DNA of 64,000 nucleotides, taken from a virus. Position numbers and translations under genes: made by a program. Where the stretch lies: the IMG/VR virus record IMGVR_UViG_3300025407_001359; one strand, written 5' to 3'. Of this stretch, positions 38,582 through 48,147 are shown piece by piece (position 1 is the first letter of the stretch; every line of letters begins with the position of its first letter). Below the pieces are notes generated by a model. It saw nothing but the letters and a program-made list of their open reading frames with translations, was not told the origin of the DNA and did not search any database.

Positions 38582-39162
38582 AAGAAAGTACTATATTAGT
38601 AGATGCAGATGGTGTATTGCTCAATTGGGAATATGCTTTTGAAATTTGGATGGAGCAACACGGGTTTGAACAAATACCCGGTGGCAACTTGGACTACGAC
38701 ATTGGCAAGCGTTATGGTATCAGTCGTGAGCAAACCACACGATTGATCAAGATGTTTAACGAAAGTGCTGCCATTGGATTTATTCCACCACTACGTGATG
38801 CTATGCACTATGTAGAAAAATTGCACCGGGAACACGGATATGTGTTCCATTGCATCACCAGTGTAAGCTCAGACCCCAATGCTATCAAATTGCGTGAAAT
38901 GAACCTGCGCAAGTTGTTTGGCAAAACAGTATTTCAAAAGATTGTGTGCTTGGATACCGGTGCCGACAAAGATGAAGCTCTGTATCCGTATAGAGACACC
39001 GGATGCTGGTGGATCGAAGACAAGCCACAGAATGCTGTGACCGGCGCCGAGCTGGGACTCAACAGCTTATTGATGGAACACGGTCATAATATGAACTATT
39101 ATCACGACCACGTTCGCACCGTTAAAAACTGGGAAGAAGTTTACCGAATAATTGTTGGTTAA
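38578..39162 (+). CDS. HAD-family 5'(3')-deoxyribonucleotidase
   Basis: LVDADGVL, CITS, WWIEDK, HGHN. Confidence 0.85.
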   Translation: MKESTILVDADGVLLNWEYAFEIWMEQHGFEQIPGGNLDYDIGKRYGISREQTTRLIKMFNESAAIGFIPPLRDAMHYVEKLHREHGYVFHCITSVSSDPNAIKLREMNLRKLFGKTVFQKIVCLDTGADKDEALYPYRDTGCWWIEDKPQNAVTGAELGLNSLLMEHGHNMNYYHDHVRTVKNWEEVYRIIVG

Positions 39163-39935
39163 ACTTCCTTGTAAATCTTTAGAATCTCAAGAACAGCCGG
39201 GTGGCGTTGTATGTCTCGGTGATCAAAATCAATACCGGAGACGTATTTACAACTGCTATAGTCATCTACTAAGCGTTGGAAATTGAGAAGACCGTTGTTG
39301 TCTTCCCGTCTGTCTGCTTGTCGAGTGTCACCAGTTACGATCATTTTACTGCCTTCGCCTAATCGCGTGAGTAACATTTTCATCTGACTTGGGGTCGCGT
39401 TTTGCATTTCGTCTGCAATAATCCACGAATTTTTAAATGTTCTACCTCTCATATATGCCAGTGGAGAAATCTCAATCTGGTTGTCATCTAGCATACGTGC
39501 AATTTCGCTTTGGCGATAGTATTCACCGACGATGTCAAAAATAGGACGGGTCCACGGAGCCATCTTTTCATTTAGATCGCCTGGTAAAAATCCGTGTTCC
39601 TCATCATCGACACCTACGGCTGGTCGAGTTATTACTATACGCTCACAGGTTCCTGCTCTAAACGCTCGGAGTGCGGCCAATACGGCCAACATAGTTTTAC
39701 CTGTACCAGCTGGGCCGGTTGCAAAAACTATTAGTTTGCTTGGATCTGTTAAGAGGTCAATATAGGTTTCTTGTTTGAGACTTTTTGGGAGAAGTGTTAT
39801 TGGACGTTGTTGCTGTGGTGCCTTTCGGAAAGTGTCCAATACCACGGTGTTGTTGCTTTTAAAATTGTTGCCATTACTGCTGATACTGCTGTCATTTACT
39901 AATAGGGCCGAAGCTCTTTTCTGACGTTTGGACAA
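39159..39935 (-). CDS. phoH: PhoH-family ATPase
   Basis: GPAGTGKT, TRPAV, GFLPG, YMRGRTF, DEMQN, RLGEGS, GDTRQAD; GGAGG SD favours a TTG start at 39935. Confidence 0.95.
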   Translation of the reverse strand: MSKRQKRASALLVNDSSISSNGNNFKSNNTVVLDTFRKAPQQQRPITLLPKSLKQETYIDLLTDPSKLIVFATGPAGTGKTMLAVLAALRAFRAGTCERIVITRPAVGVDDEEHGFLPGDLNEKMAPWTRPIFDIVGEYYRQSEIARMLDDNQIEISPLAYMRGRTFKNSWIIADEMQNATPSQMKMLLTRLGEGSKMIVTGDTRQADRREDNNGLLNFQRLVDDYSSCKYVSGIDFDHRDIQRHPAVLEILKIYKEV

Positions 39936-40023
39936 TGTTGCCTCCATTGAGTGTAGTAGTGTCGTGCTACCTACACAAATATTTAGGTACTATTGTCCGG
40001 GCCAAAAACTACTTGTTTATTGT

Positions 40024-40599
40024 TTACGTAGGAAGATAAGTATTAGACGGACCTGAATTATGAATCCATTCTGCGTAAATTCTGTTGTTGCTATCCCAAT
40101 CCATTTCACCAATTCTGTAATTAAATAATTGACTCAGTCGCACGTGTTCGTCAAACGACCAGTCGTAGAATGGAATATGTTCACATTCGGCATTGCCGTG
40201 ATCGGCCCGCCCTGGATTGCAACGCCAGTAGATTCTGGTATCACGTGTGCGCAGTATTTTGGTTAACAAATTGATTTGATGTTCAATATCTTCTCTTGTG
40301 CCAAAGTTGATACTGCCCAAACAAAAGGCCACGTTGAATCGCTGTATAATTCCCCGAGACACAAATTCTTCCAAACTACATTGATAATCAGCTTCAGCAA
40401 AAGCCGGATCAATTCCAACCAAATTTGGTATATGCCCACGAAATGGGTTAACGCCGCAACCAACGTCGATCACTGTTTCTCCGGCATTGATTTTTTCAAT
40501 TAAGCGTTCGCCAGTGTATTGGTACTGTCCGATGGAACGATTTCTTTGGCGCCAGGCGCCAGCGAAATAAGTATTAAGAGCTTGTTGATCGATTGTCAT
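40024..40599 (-). CDS. Class I SAM-dependent methyltransferase-like protein
   Basis: VIDVGCG, GIDP, FCLGSINF; TAAATA on the - strand at 40605-40610. Confidence 0.7.
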   Translation of the reverse strand: MTIDQQALNTYFAGAWRQRNRSIGQYQYTGERLIEKINAGETVIDVGCGVNPFRGHIPNLVGIDPAFAEADYQCSLEEFVSRGIIQRFNVAFCLGSINFGTREDIEHQINLLTKILRTRDTRIYWRCNPGRADHGNAECEHIPFYDWSFDEHVRLSQLFNYRIGEMDWDSNNRIYAEWIHNSGPSNTYLPT

Positions 40600-40610
40600 A
40601 TTACTATTTA

Positions 40611-41231
40611 ATGAATACCATTCTTGATTATAAAATTATCTTGATCCTTTTTCATCCACTGACCGGAGGTAATCACCTGGCCAATTTGATTTCTACTTCG
40701 GCCCGAGTAGCAAATCGGGTGCAACATCCTGATTATCTTGCATATATGCTAGAACAATATTCTATTGATAGAAAAACATTTCACGTGACAGAAATTGATA
40801 ACTGCGGCATACAAAACATTGCAAAAACGATAGAAACAGTAACAAATTCAACCTTACCATATGTTTTGGCCGGGCATATTGACGAAGCTTATCGAGTTGA
40901 ACAGAAAGTACAATCTTTGGGCCCTATCAAGTATATAAGATTGCACGATTTTATTTTGCCCAACATAGTTAAACAAAAAATTGATATTCCGGATTTGTTG
41001 TCTTGGTTGTACAGCGACGAAATAGTGGACAAACTATTTGACACCAACGATACTGTGGACATAAGTTTAACCAATTTGTTTTCAAATGACATTGCTCCGG
41101 TTGTTAATAAACTGAATAACGTGTTACAATTAGACCTAGATTTGGCATTTTGCCAACAACTTCATGATCTTTGGTTACCAGTGGTATCGCAAAGAATGCA
41201 AACAAACAAAATAAAGGCTCTACGCATATGA
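40611..41231 (+). CDS. Hypothetical protein with a sulfotransferase/P-loop-like N-terminus
   Basis: ILFHPLTGGNHLANLI; AT-rich. Confidence 0.45.
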   Translation: MNTILDYKIILILFHPLTGGNHLANLISTSARVANRVQHPDYLAYMLEQYSIDRKTFHVTEIDNCGIQNIAKTIETVTNSTLPYVLAGHIDEAYRVEQKVQSLGPIKYIRLHDFILPNIVKQKIDIPDLLSWLYSDEIVDKLFDTNDTVDISLTNLFSNDIAPVVNKLNNVLQLDLDLAFCQQLHDLWLPVVSQRMQTNKIKALRI

Positions 41232-42178
41232 AACGTTTTTTAGCTTTGCTGTTATTATTACCTGTTGTTGCCTTGGCTTGGCAACCCGAACGGTCTGTTA
41301 TATCCGTTGTTGGATTTGCTCCTGGAGCCGGCAACGAGCTGGCGTTTAGGCAAGCCAGTGCTATTGTTACAAAAAACAATCCTAAAATCTCTTTTGTAAT
41401 AGAAAATCGACCCGGTGCCGATTCGGTGGTGGCGCAAAATCATATGTTAACCGCCCCTCCTGATGGTTATACCTTAAGTATACCCAGTCATATGAGTTTG
41501 TTTGTAACCAACGATATATGGCAACGAGACATTAAAAAGTTTCAGTACAACAGTTTTGTCAATGTAGTTACCTTGGGTAAAAGCCCGTTGGCTGTTGTAA
41601 CAACTGCAAAAAGTGTAATTGCCACCCCAGAAGAATTCACAGCACTATTAACCATGGGCTATCGTCCAGTCAATATAGCCATTGGTGGCGGAGCACATCA
41701 AATGGCCTATGAATATATTATGTGGCGAGTCAACGGCAACCGCGAGCAGGTTAAAATGATTCGCTATCCCGGACCACTACAGGCTGTTACTGCTGTTGCT
41801 AGTGAGCAGACAGAGTTTGGAATTATGCCTATTGCTGTTGCTCGTCCTTTGATCGAAGCCGGCCGGGTTAAACTAATTGGCCTAACTACCAATAACACTA
41901 TGGGCGGTATGCCTACTATGGCCCGTGCTGTACCTGGACTCAATGTGTCAGCCGGATGGATGATAAGTTTACCGCCCAATACACCCCGAGACATAGTCGA
42001 CTGGTATCAACGAGAATTCAGTCGTGCTATCAAGAGCCGAGAGTATCAGGAATGGGCACGAGCCAACTATGTGTATACTGTCGACTCTGAACTAACATCA
42101 GCCGGTGTGCAACATTACGCAGAAGAATTACGCCGAACATTTGAACCAATAATTCCACACGTAAGTCGAGAACAATGA
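41228..42178 (+). CDS. tctC: TctC/Bug-family periplasmic binding protein
   Basis: Signal peptide MKRFLALLLLLPVVALA; FAPGAG, ENRPGA, PPDGYT, YPG motifs. Confidence 0.9.
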   Translation: MKRFLALLLLLPVVALAWQPERSVISVVGFAPGAGNELAFRQASAIVTKNNPKISFVIENRPGADSVVAQNHMLTAPPDGYTLSIPSHMSLFVTNDIWQRDIKKFQYNSFVNVVTLGKSPLAVVTTAKSVIATPEEFTALLTMGYRPVNIAIGGGAHQMAYEYIMWRVNGNREQVKMIRYPGPLQAVTAVASEQTEFGIMPIAVARPLIEAGRVKLIGLTTNNTMGGMPTMARAVPGLNVSAGWMISLPPNTPRDIVDWYQREFSRAIKSREYQEWARANYVYTVDSELTSAGVQHYAEELRRTFEPIIPHVSREQ

Positions 42179-42789
42179 AATATATTTTTTTAGCAGGAGT
42201 ACCAGGTTCTAAATGGTCCAGTGTTGCACGAAACATCTACTACAGCAACAGCATTGATCGTTCTGACTACAGTGAGGATAGAGTCTATTCACACTCGGCC
42301 AGCGGTAGCCTAGCGCCTATGCACGTGGGTGCTTACTGGGATCCAGGTATGGAGTTTGGCAACTGGTTTGATCGGTTAGACCAACACAGCCAATTGGAAT
42401 GCGAAGCAGAATTTGATAGGCCGTTTACAGGCACTGGTATACGTATTATCAAAAGCCACGTGTTTTGTTATTACCTGAATTTTTTAAAACGCACCTGGCC
42501 TGATTGCCCGGTTGTATTGGTACACCGCGGTGATGATGCTAGCCTGGGCTGGTGGGTCAAGTGTGGGCATTTCGATATCAAATATCCCAACTACAAGCCC
42601 TACTACAAAGATTTAAAAAATATGGCTGTGGAAATAGCCCGACAAAACGCTGCAATGCGACCGCAATGGGAACACGCCAGTTTTGTACACAACAACTTGG
42701 ACCTTTGTGAGCAACTGGGCATTGAGCCACCGCCCGCCGAATACCGACAGAACTACGCAGAACATAAAATACGAGTAAAAATACTATGA
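42175..42789 (+). CDS. Sulfotransferase-like/P-loop-fold protein
   Basis: IFLAGVPGSKWSSV; IIKSH; VVLVHR. Confidence 0.5.
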   Translation: MKYIFLAGVPGSKWSSVARNIYYSNSIDRSDYSEDRVYSHSASGSLAPMHVGAYWDPGMEFGNWFDRLDQHSQLECEAEFDRPFTGTGIRIIKSHVFCYYLNFLKRTWPDCPVVLVHRGDDASLGWWVKCGHFDIKYPNYKPYYKDLKNMAVEIARQNAAMRPQWEHASFVHNNLDLCEQLGIEPPPAEYRQNYAEHKIRVKIL

Positions 42790-43514
42790 GCAATATACCT
42801 GAAATAGATTGGAAGGGCAGTCGTTGGAAAGGCACCAAGGCCATGAGCCAATGGCACTTTGATACAACACGTCCGCCTGAACCCGGCGTCGACAGTTTTA
42901 CCTATGTTGGCAGATTTGAAGCTGATTTTACCGAAGCCATTGCACAAGGTCTAGTATTGGTCAAACCGACCAGCTGGGCTGACCGTAACAAATACAAAAT
43001 CAAAGAAGAATTGTATACTGCCAGTGCCGAAGAAGCAGACTTGATACGTGCTGGCGCTGACCCCAAGATGGAAATTTACAGTCGTAGCAACGCTGGACAC
43101 ATTGGAAAATTTGCCTTGATCGCTGGGCACCTGGGTATGTCCAAATGCGACATCAACTTTCACAACCAAACCACAGGTCAAATGTTGGTCACACACATCG
43201 ATAACTTTCCCGGTAATCACAGCAGACAAAATTCATTCAAGGTTACCAAATTTGATCAAAACCCCGAGCTGATCAGACGTTTTGTTATTATGTTGGCTGA
43301 CTGGCAGTTGGGACAAGTGTTTCAATTGGGCAATGCTATGTGGACACAATGGCGAGCCGGTGATTGCATCACGTGGGAATGGCAAGATATTCCACACGCC
43401 ACTTGCAATATGGGTTGGTGGGATAGACCTATGTTGCAGGTCACAGGAAATGTTACTGAAGCCACCAAAAAAATATTGGCCAATGCCGGACCCAATCAAA
43501 TAATCACACTATGA
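42786..43514 (+). CDS. 2OG-Fe(II)-oxygenase-like (DSBH) protein
   Basis: QTTGQMLVTHID (HxD) and a distal His in IPHATCN; R.MLQVTG. Confidence 0.6.
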   Translation: MSNIPEIDWKGSRWKGTKAMSQWHFDTTRPPEPGVDSFTYVGRFEADFTEAIAQGLVLVKPTSWADRNKYKIKEELYTASAEEADLIRAGADPKMEIYSRSNAGHIGKFALIAGHLGMSKCDINFHNQTTGQMLVTHIDNFPGNHSRQNSFKVTKFDQNPELIRRFVIMLADWQLGQVFQLGNAMWTQWRAGDCITWEWQDIPHATCNMGWWDRPMLQVTGNVTEATKKILANAGPNQIITL

Positions 43515-44743
43515 TAAAACGATCAATTACCAAATTTAACAATGTAAATCTAGAGGAAAATCCCAATCTAGGTTATTACACAGTGGGCGACAGCGTGTAC
43601 TTCACCAAGGTACAGGCCTTGATTGAAGGTACCCGTACCAATCAATTTCCTACCTGGAACTTCAACAACGATGTGTATGGAAAAATGTCCTGGACCCAGG
43701 AACCCGAAGTTGGACTGCTGGATTTGTATCGTATGCGAGCACAACAACTGCGTGACAAATACGACTACATAAGGATAGAATGTTCAGGCGGCAGTGACAG
43801 CACACAGGCCTTGTTTGCTTTTTTACTTAACGATATACACGTGGACGAAATAGTGTTTCGCTATCCCAAAGCTGGTGAAAAAAATATTCCAGTTGAAAGC
43901 AGCAATTATCGTTGTGAAAATACCTTGAGTGAAGCTGAACTGGCCACTAGACCTCTGCTGAACTGGGTGGCCACACATCATCCTCAAGTTAAAATTACTG
44001 TACACGATTACTCGGCTGATATGTTGGTCAACGAAGATAGAGATGAAAGTTGGGTATATAGTGCCAAAGAATTTTTACAGCCCGGGCACGTGACAAAATT
44101 TCCCAACTACCAAACCATTGAGCACAAACTGTTGGCTGATGCTGGCAAACGCATCTGTGTGTTGTACGGCATCGACAAACCCAAGATGTGTATTAGAGAA
44201 AATCATTGGTACTTGTATTTTATGGATTTTCAAGCCAACTATGCCAACCCCGATGTGGGCGACTACACCAATATTACCAACGAGTATTTTTTCTGGACTC
44301 CGGACTTGCCTGAAATCTCGGTCAAGCAAGCACACACTATTATGAACTGGTTCAACAAACCTGAAAATCGTCATATGCAATTCCTAGCACGTTGGCCCAA
44401 TCACTCGGTGGCTCAACGTACCACGTATGAAAACCTCATCAAGCCCTTGATATATCCCGACTACGACCCTCTCACATTCCAGGTGGCCAAACCCAGCACA
44501 AACTTTTACAGTGAAATGGACTACTGGTTCTATGAAAATTTCAAGGATCACAAACTGTATCAAAGCTGGCAAGCTGGTATAAAATTTGTTGAAGGACAAA
44601 TTGATCCCAAGTATTTTAACAAACAGTTTGGCCGTGTGGTCAGCTTTGTGGGTTTCTTGAGCCCGTTCTACTATCTCGGTGATGCGTTGGCTGACACTAA
44701 TGCCAAGCAGACGTTTGCAGTACAAGTACACGATCGGTTTTGA
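43511..44743 (+). CDS. PP-loop (adenine nucleotide alpha hydrolase) enzyme, paralog 1
   Basis: SGGSDS; YGIDKP; YFFWTPDLP. Confidence 0.8.
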   Translation: MIKRSITKFNNVNLEENPNLGYYTVGDSVYFTKVQALIEGTRTNQFPTWNFNNDVYGKMSWTQEPEVGLLDLYRMRAQQLRDKYDYIRIECSGGSDSTQALFAFLLNDIHVDEIVFRYPKAGEKNIPVESSNYRCENTLSEAELATRPLLNWVATHHPQVKITVHDYSADMLVNEDRDESWVYSAKEFLQPGHVTKFPNYQTIEHKLLADAGKRICVLYGIDKPKMCIRENHWYLYFMDFQANYANPDVGDYTNITNEYFFWTPDLPEISVKQAHTIMNWFNKPENRHMQFLARWPNHSVAQRTTYENLIKPLIYPDYDPLTFQVAKPSTNFYSEMDYWFYENFKDHKLYQSWQAGIKFVEGQIDPKYFNKQFGRVVSFVGFLSPFYYLGDALADTNAKQTFAVQVHDRF

Positions 44744-46014
44744 TGAGCAAAATAGAATTGACCAGTCACGCTGATGTGACATTTGAGCCCAACAAAAAGC
44801 TGGGTTATTATTTGTTGGGCGACAAAATCTACTACAACAAGTTTCAAGCCTTGTTGGACGAAGCACGTCAAACTGAACACACCGTCAAGTGGTTTTTCAA
44901 TGATGTGGATTTTGCACGAGCTCGTTGGACCGAAGAGCCCGAAGAGGACATACGCGAACTGTATCGCCAACGTGCCCAACAACTACGCGACAAGTACGAC
45001 TGGATACGGGTAGAAGCCTCGGGTGGTGCCGACTCAACCACTGCGGTGTTTGCATTCTTGCTCAACGGCATACACCTAGACGAAGTCATATTCCGCTATC
45101 CCAAGGCCGGTGAAAAAAACGTAGTTACTGGAGCCGGTGATCTCAGTTGCGAAAACACACTGAGCGAATGGCAATTTGCAGCCAAACCGTTGTTTGACTG
45201 GATTGCCACACATCATCCCAGTACCAAAATTACCTTTCACGACTACAGTGAAAATCTCCTAGCTGATGAGAATCACAGAGATGAATCGTGGATTTTCCGT
45301 ACCAGACATTTTTTACAGCCTGGGCACTATACCAAGCATACCAATCTGTTGCCCGAGCATCAACGCATTGCTGATCAAGGACTGCGTATGTGTGTGCTGT
45401 ACGGCACAGACAAGCCCAAGGTCTGTATCAAAGACAACAAGTTCTGGATTTACTTTGTTGATGCGCCCACAGGCGAAAACGATCCGTACTTTGGCCGATA
45501 TACCAATATGACCAACGAGTATTTTTACTGGTCACCAGACGCCACTCGTATGCTGGCCAAGCAAGCACACCTGATCAAGCAGTGGGCCGAAATGCCGGCC
45601 AATCACAAAATGCAGAATCTGTTGCGTTGGCCCAACAACAGCTTTGCTACCAGAACAATGTACGAGCAATTTGTCAAAGCCATTATATACCCAGATTATG
45701 ACAGCAACACTTTTCAAGTGGTAAAAAGTACCAACAACATCTACAACGAAATGGATCACTGGTTTCATACCAACTTCAAAGGCACACGCCTGTACGAAAC
45801 CTGGGAAGCCGGCGTCAACTATTTGTTGACCAATGTTGGCGCACAGCACGTGGGAATCAAAAAAGGTGTGGCCACAGATCTTACAGTATTTCAAAGTGCC
45901 TTTTATTACATAGGCGAATGTGATATTCCTGTTGTCACCCCTTTGGTCAATCCCAAACCCGATAAAACTGCTACCTACAAGCACGTTTTGAACGGTAAAT
46001 TATCAATTTATTAA
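44743..46014 (+). CDS. PP-loop enzyme, paralog 2
   Basis: SGGADS; YGTDKP; YFYWSPD. Confidence 0.8.
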   Translation: MSKIELTSHADVTFEPNKKLGYYLLGDKIYYNKFQALLDEARQTEHTVKWFFNDVDFARARWTEEPEEDIRELYRQRAQQLRDKYDWIRVEASGGADSTTAVFAFLLNGIHLDEVIFRYPKAGEKNVVTGAGDLSCENTLSEWQFAAKPLFDWIATHHPSTKITFHDYSENLLADENHRDESWIFRTRHFLQPGHYTKHTNLLPEHQRIADQGLRMCVLYGTDKPKVCIKDNKFWIYFVDAPTGENDPYFGRYTNMTNEYFYWSPDATRMLAKQAHLIKQWAEMPANHKMQNLLRWPNNSFATRTMYEQFVKAIIYPDYDSNTFQVVKSTNNIYNEMDHWFHTNFKGTRLYETWEAGVNYLLTNVGAQHVGIKKGVATDLTVFQSAFYYIGECDIPVVTPLVNPKPDKTATYKHVLNGKLSIY

Positions 46015-46032
46015 CACCGTCATAAATATCTA

Positions 46033-46160
46033 TGCAACGCCGGTATATGCCGACGTCGGACTTAACATTGACGCCTAGGGTAGTGAAACCCTTTTACTAG
46101 TGTGATACACCTAGAACGCCGATTCCCGTAAGTAGCACACGCTACAAGCCTTAAACAAAA
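46033..46160 (+). ncRNA. Structured leader (candidate cis-regulatory RNA) upstream of dctP
   Basis: Follows CATAAATA at 46021-46028; hairpins CGGT/GCCG, CGTCG/TGACG, GGGT/ACCC, GTGT/ACAC and GTAGC/GCTAC. Confidence 0.4.
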
Positions 46161-46187
46161 AAACTTTTGCAAAAGGTAATTTTTAAA

Positions 46188-47145
46188 ATGAAAACAACAA
46201 CAATTCGCTGGGTTATTGCTCACGAGCCGTTAGATCTATTCTTACGTGCCGCTAAGGATTTCCAAGACTATTTGAATGCAACACAATCTGTAGAAAAAAT
46301 TGAAGTAGAAGTAATGACATTGGGCGAGTACTCTGCCAAGTACAAGAACGGTGCTCCTGTAACCAAACACGATCTATTAGATCTAATGGAATCAGGCGAA
46401 ATCGAAATGAGCCAAATGTACACAACTTGGTTAGCTGAAAAGTATGACCACGATATGTTAGCTCTAGAAATGCCATTCTTGTTTGAAAACCACGACCACG
46501 CTACTCGCGTGTTAGAGGGTGAAGTTGGTGAGTTCTTGCTAGACAAGATCACCGAATCAGGCAACGTTCGTGGTATGGCTTTCACATACTCAGGCGGTTT
46601 CCGTAACGTATTAAGCAGCAAGAAAGTTGAATCACTAAAAGGATTAACTGGTGAAGATCAGAACTAATCGTAATCCGGTAGCTCAGGAAACTTTCAAGGC
46701 GTTGGGCGTTGATGCGTCCGACATACACATTTGCGAAATCGAAGATCTTGCACCACACATCAAAGCAGGTGAGTGTGATGCAGGCGAAGGAGTTTACAGC
46801 CGTGTTTATCCGTTGGGACAGGACGAAGTTACAGAATCTGTTATCGACAGCAAACACAGCTTGTTCTTGACTACCATGATTATCGGCGACAAATTTTTTA
46901 AAAGTTTGAGCCCAGAAGTACGTGCTATTATCAAAGAAGCAGCCATAGTAGCCGGGCGCAAAGAGCGTTTAAAAACAATTGAGGATGGCGAAGAAGCCAA
47001 AGCCAAATTGATCGCCGAAGGTGTCAACATTCACGATTTAACCGAAGAAGAACTGGCTGAGTGGAAAGAAAAGTCTCAAGTGGTCTATGACAAATTTGAA
47101 CCAACTTTTACTCCTGGTCTAATCGACAAAATCAAACGCAGTTGA
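46188..47145 (+). CDS. dctP: DctP/TRAP-type binding protein split into two ORFs (46188-46667 and 46651-47145), with no signal peptide
   Basis: LEMPFLFEN.DHA, FTYSGGFR, KIRT, H.LF.T; the frame changes at GGT-G-AAG (46650-46656). Confidence 0.8.
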
Positions 47146-47156
47146 TTTAACCAAAT

Positions 47157-47189
47157 AAACGGACAGGTATTTACAGCCTGTCCGTTTTT
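47157..47189 (+). terminator. Intrinsic terminator
   Basis: AAACGGACAGG...CCTGTCCGTTTTT. Confidence 0.85.
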
Positions 47190-47232
47190 CTTTATAATTA
47201 CAATACAACCTCAATAACCTAGGATTTCAACA

Positions 47233-48147
47233 ATGAAAAAGATTCTCGCCCTATTGCTGTGCGCTTTTGCACTATCTGCAACAGCTAAAGAAACAGTAAC
47301 AATCATGTACGGCTTTAGTCCAGCCGACACCATGGCCAACTACAGCCGCACACTGGCCGAAGAAGCCAACCGGATTCAAGACAAGTACACATTTGTGTTT
47401 GATACCAAACCTGGTGCTGGCAATAGTATTGCAGCCAACTATGTGTTGAAAACACCAAACACCATTTTTGCCACATCGGGCGCATTTTTTGTACGACCAA
47501 ACTTTTATCCCAACGAAAGCTACGATGTGCAGGCATTCCAGGAAATTCTACCACAATGTAATGCACCAATGAGCATTGCCAGTGTCAAATACAAGAGCTG
47601 GAAAGAAGTGCCTGCCAATGCACCAATTACCGTTGCCACCAGTGGACTGGGTGTAGTCAGTCATTTGACAGCGTTGCAAATACTAAAGAAATATCCCAAT
47701 GGCAAAGTTATTCCGTTCAAGTCAACCACAGATGCACTGGTATCTACTGTGGCTGGTCAAACAGATTTTGCTGTAGGCTTTCTAGGCGACCACGAAAAGT
47801 GGACCGATCCTGATGGCAAAGTGCGAGTCACTATTCTAGGCACATCAGGTCCCAAACCAGTCAACGGTCACCCCAGCCTGGTCAGTGCTGGATTTGACAA
47901 GATTTTGGCATCCACCGACAATCCACATCAATTGATGATTCCAGTAACTACACCCAAGGCGCAGGCCGACGAATGGCGCAAGATCCTGTTCAAAGCTGCC
48001 AATAGCAAATCAGTGCGTGATGCTTACGCAGTGGATCACTGCGGTATACTAGATCGTATGGAAGACAAAGACATTCAGCCTTGGTTCCAGGCACAAAATG
48101 CCATGTGGTCCAAGCTCACAGTCGGTGTCAAACTAGACAACAAATAA
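47233..48147 (+). CDS. tctC: TctC/Bug-family periplasmic binding protein, second copy
   Basis: Signal peptide MKKILALLLCAFALSATA; FSPAD, KPGAG, SGLG, IPFKS. Confidence 0.85.
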   Translation: MKKILALLLCAFALSATAKETVTIMYGFSPADTMANYSRTLAEEANRIQDKYTFVFDTKPGAGNSIAANYVLKTPNTIFATSGAFFVRPNFYPNESYDVQAFQEILPQCNAPMSIASVKYKSWKEVPANAPITVATSGLGVVSHLTALQILKKYPNGKVIPFKSTTDALVSTVAGQTDFAVGFLGDHEKWTDPDGKVRVTILGTSGPKPVNGHPSLVSAGFDKILASTDNPHQLMIPVTTPKAQADEWRKILFKAANSKSVRDAYAVDHCGILDRMEDKDIQPWFQAQNAMWSKLTVGVKLDNK

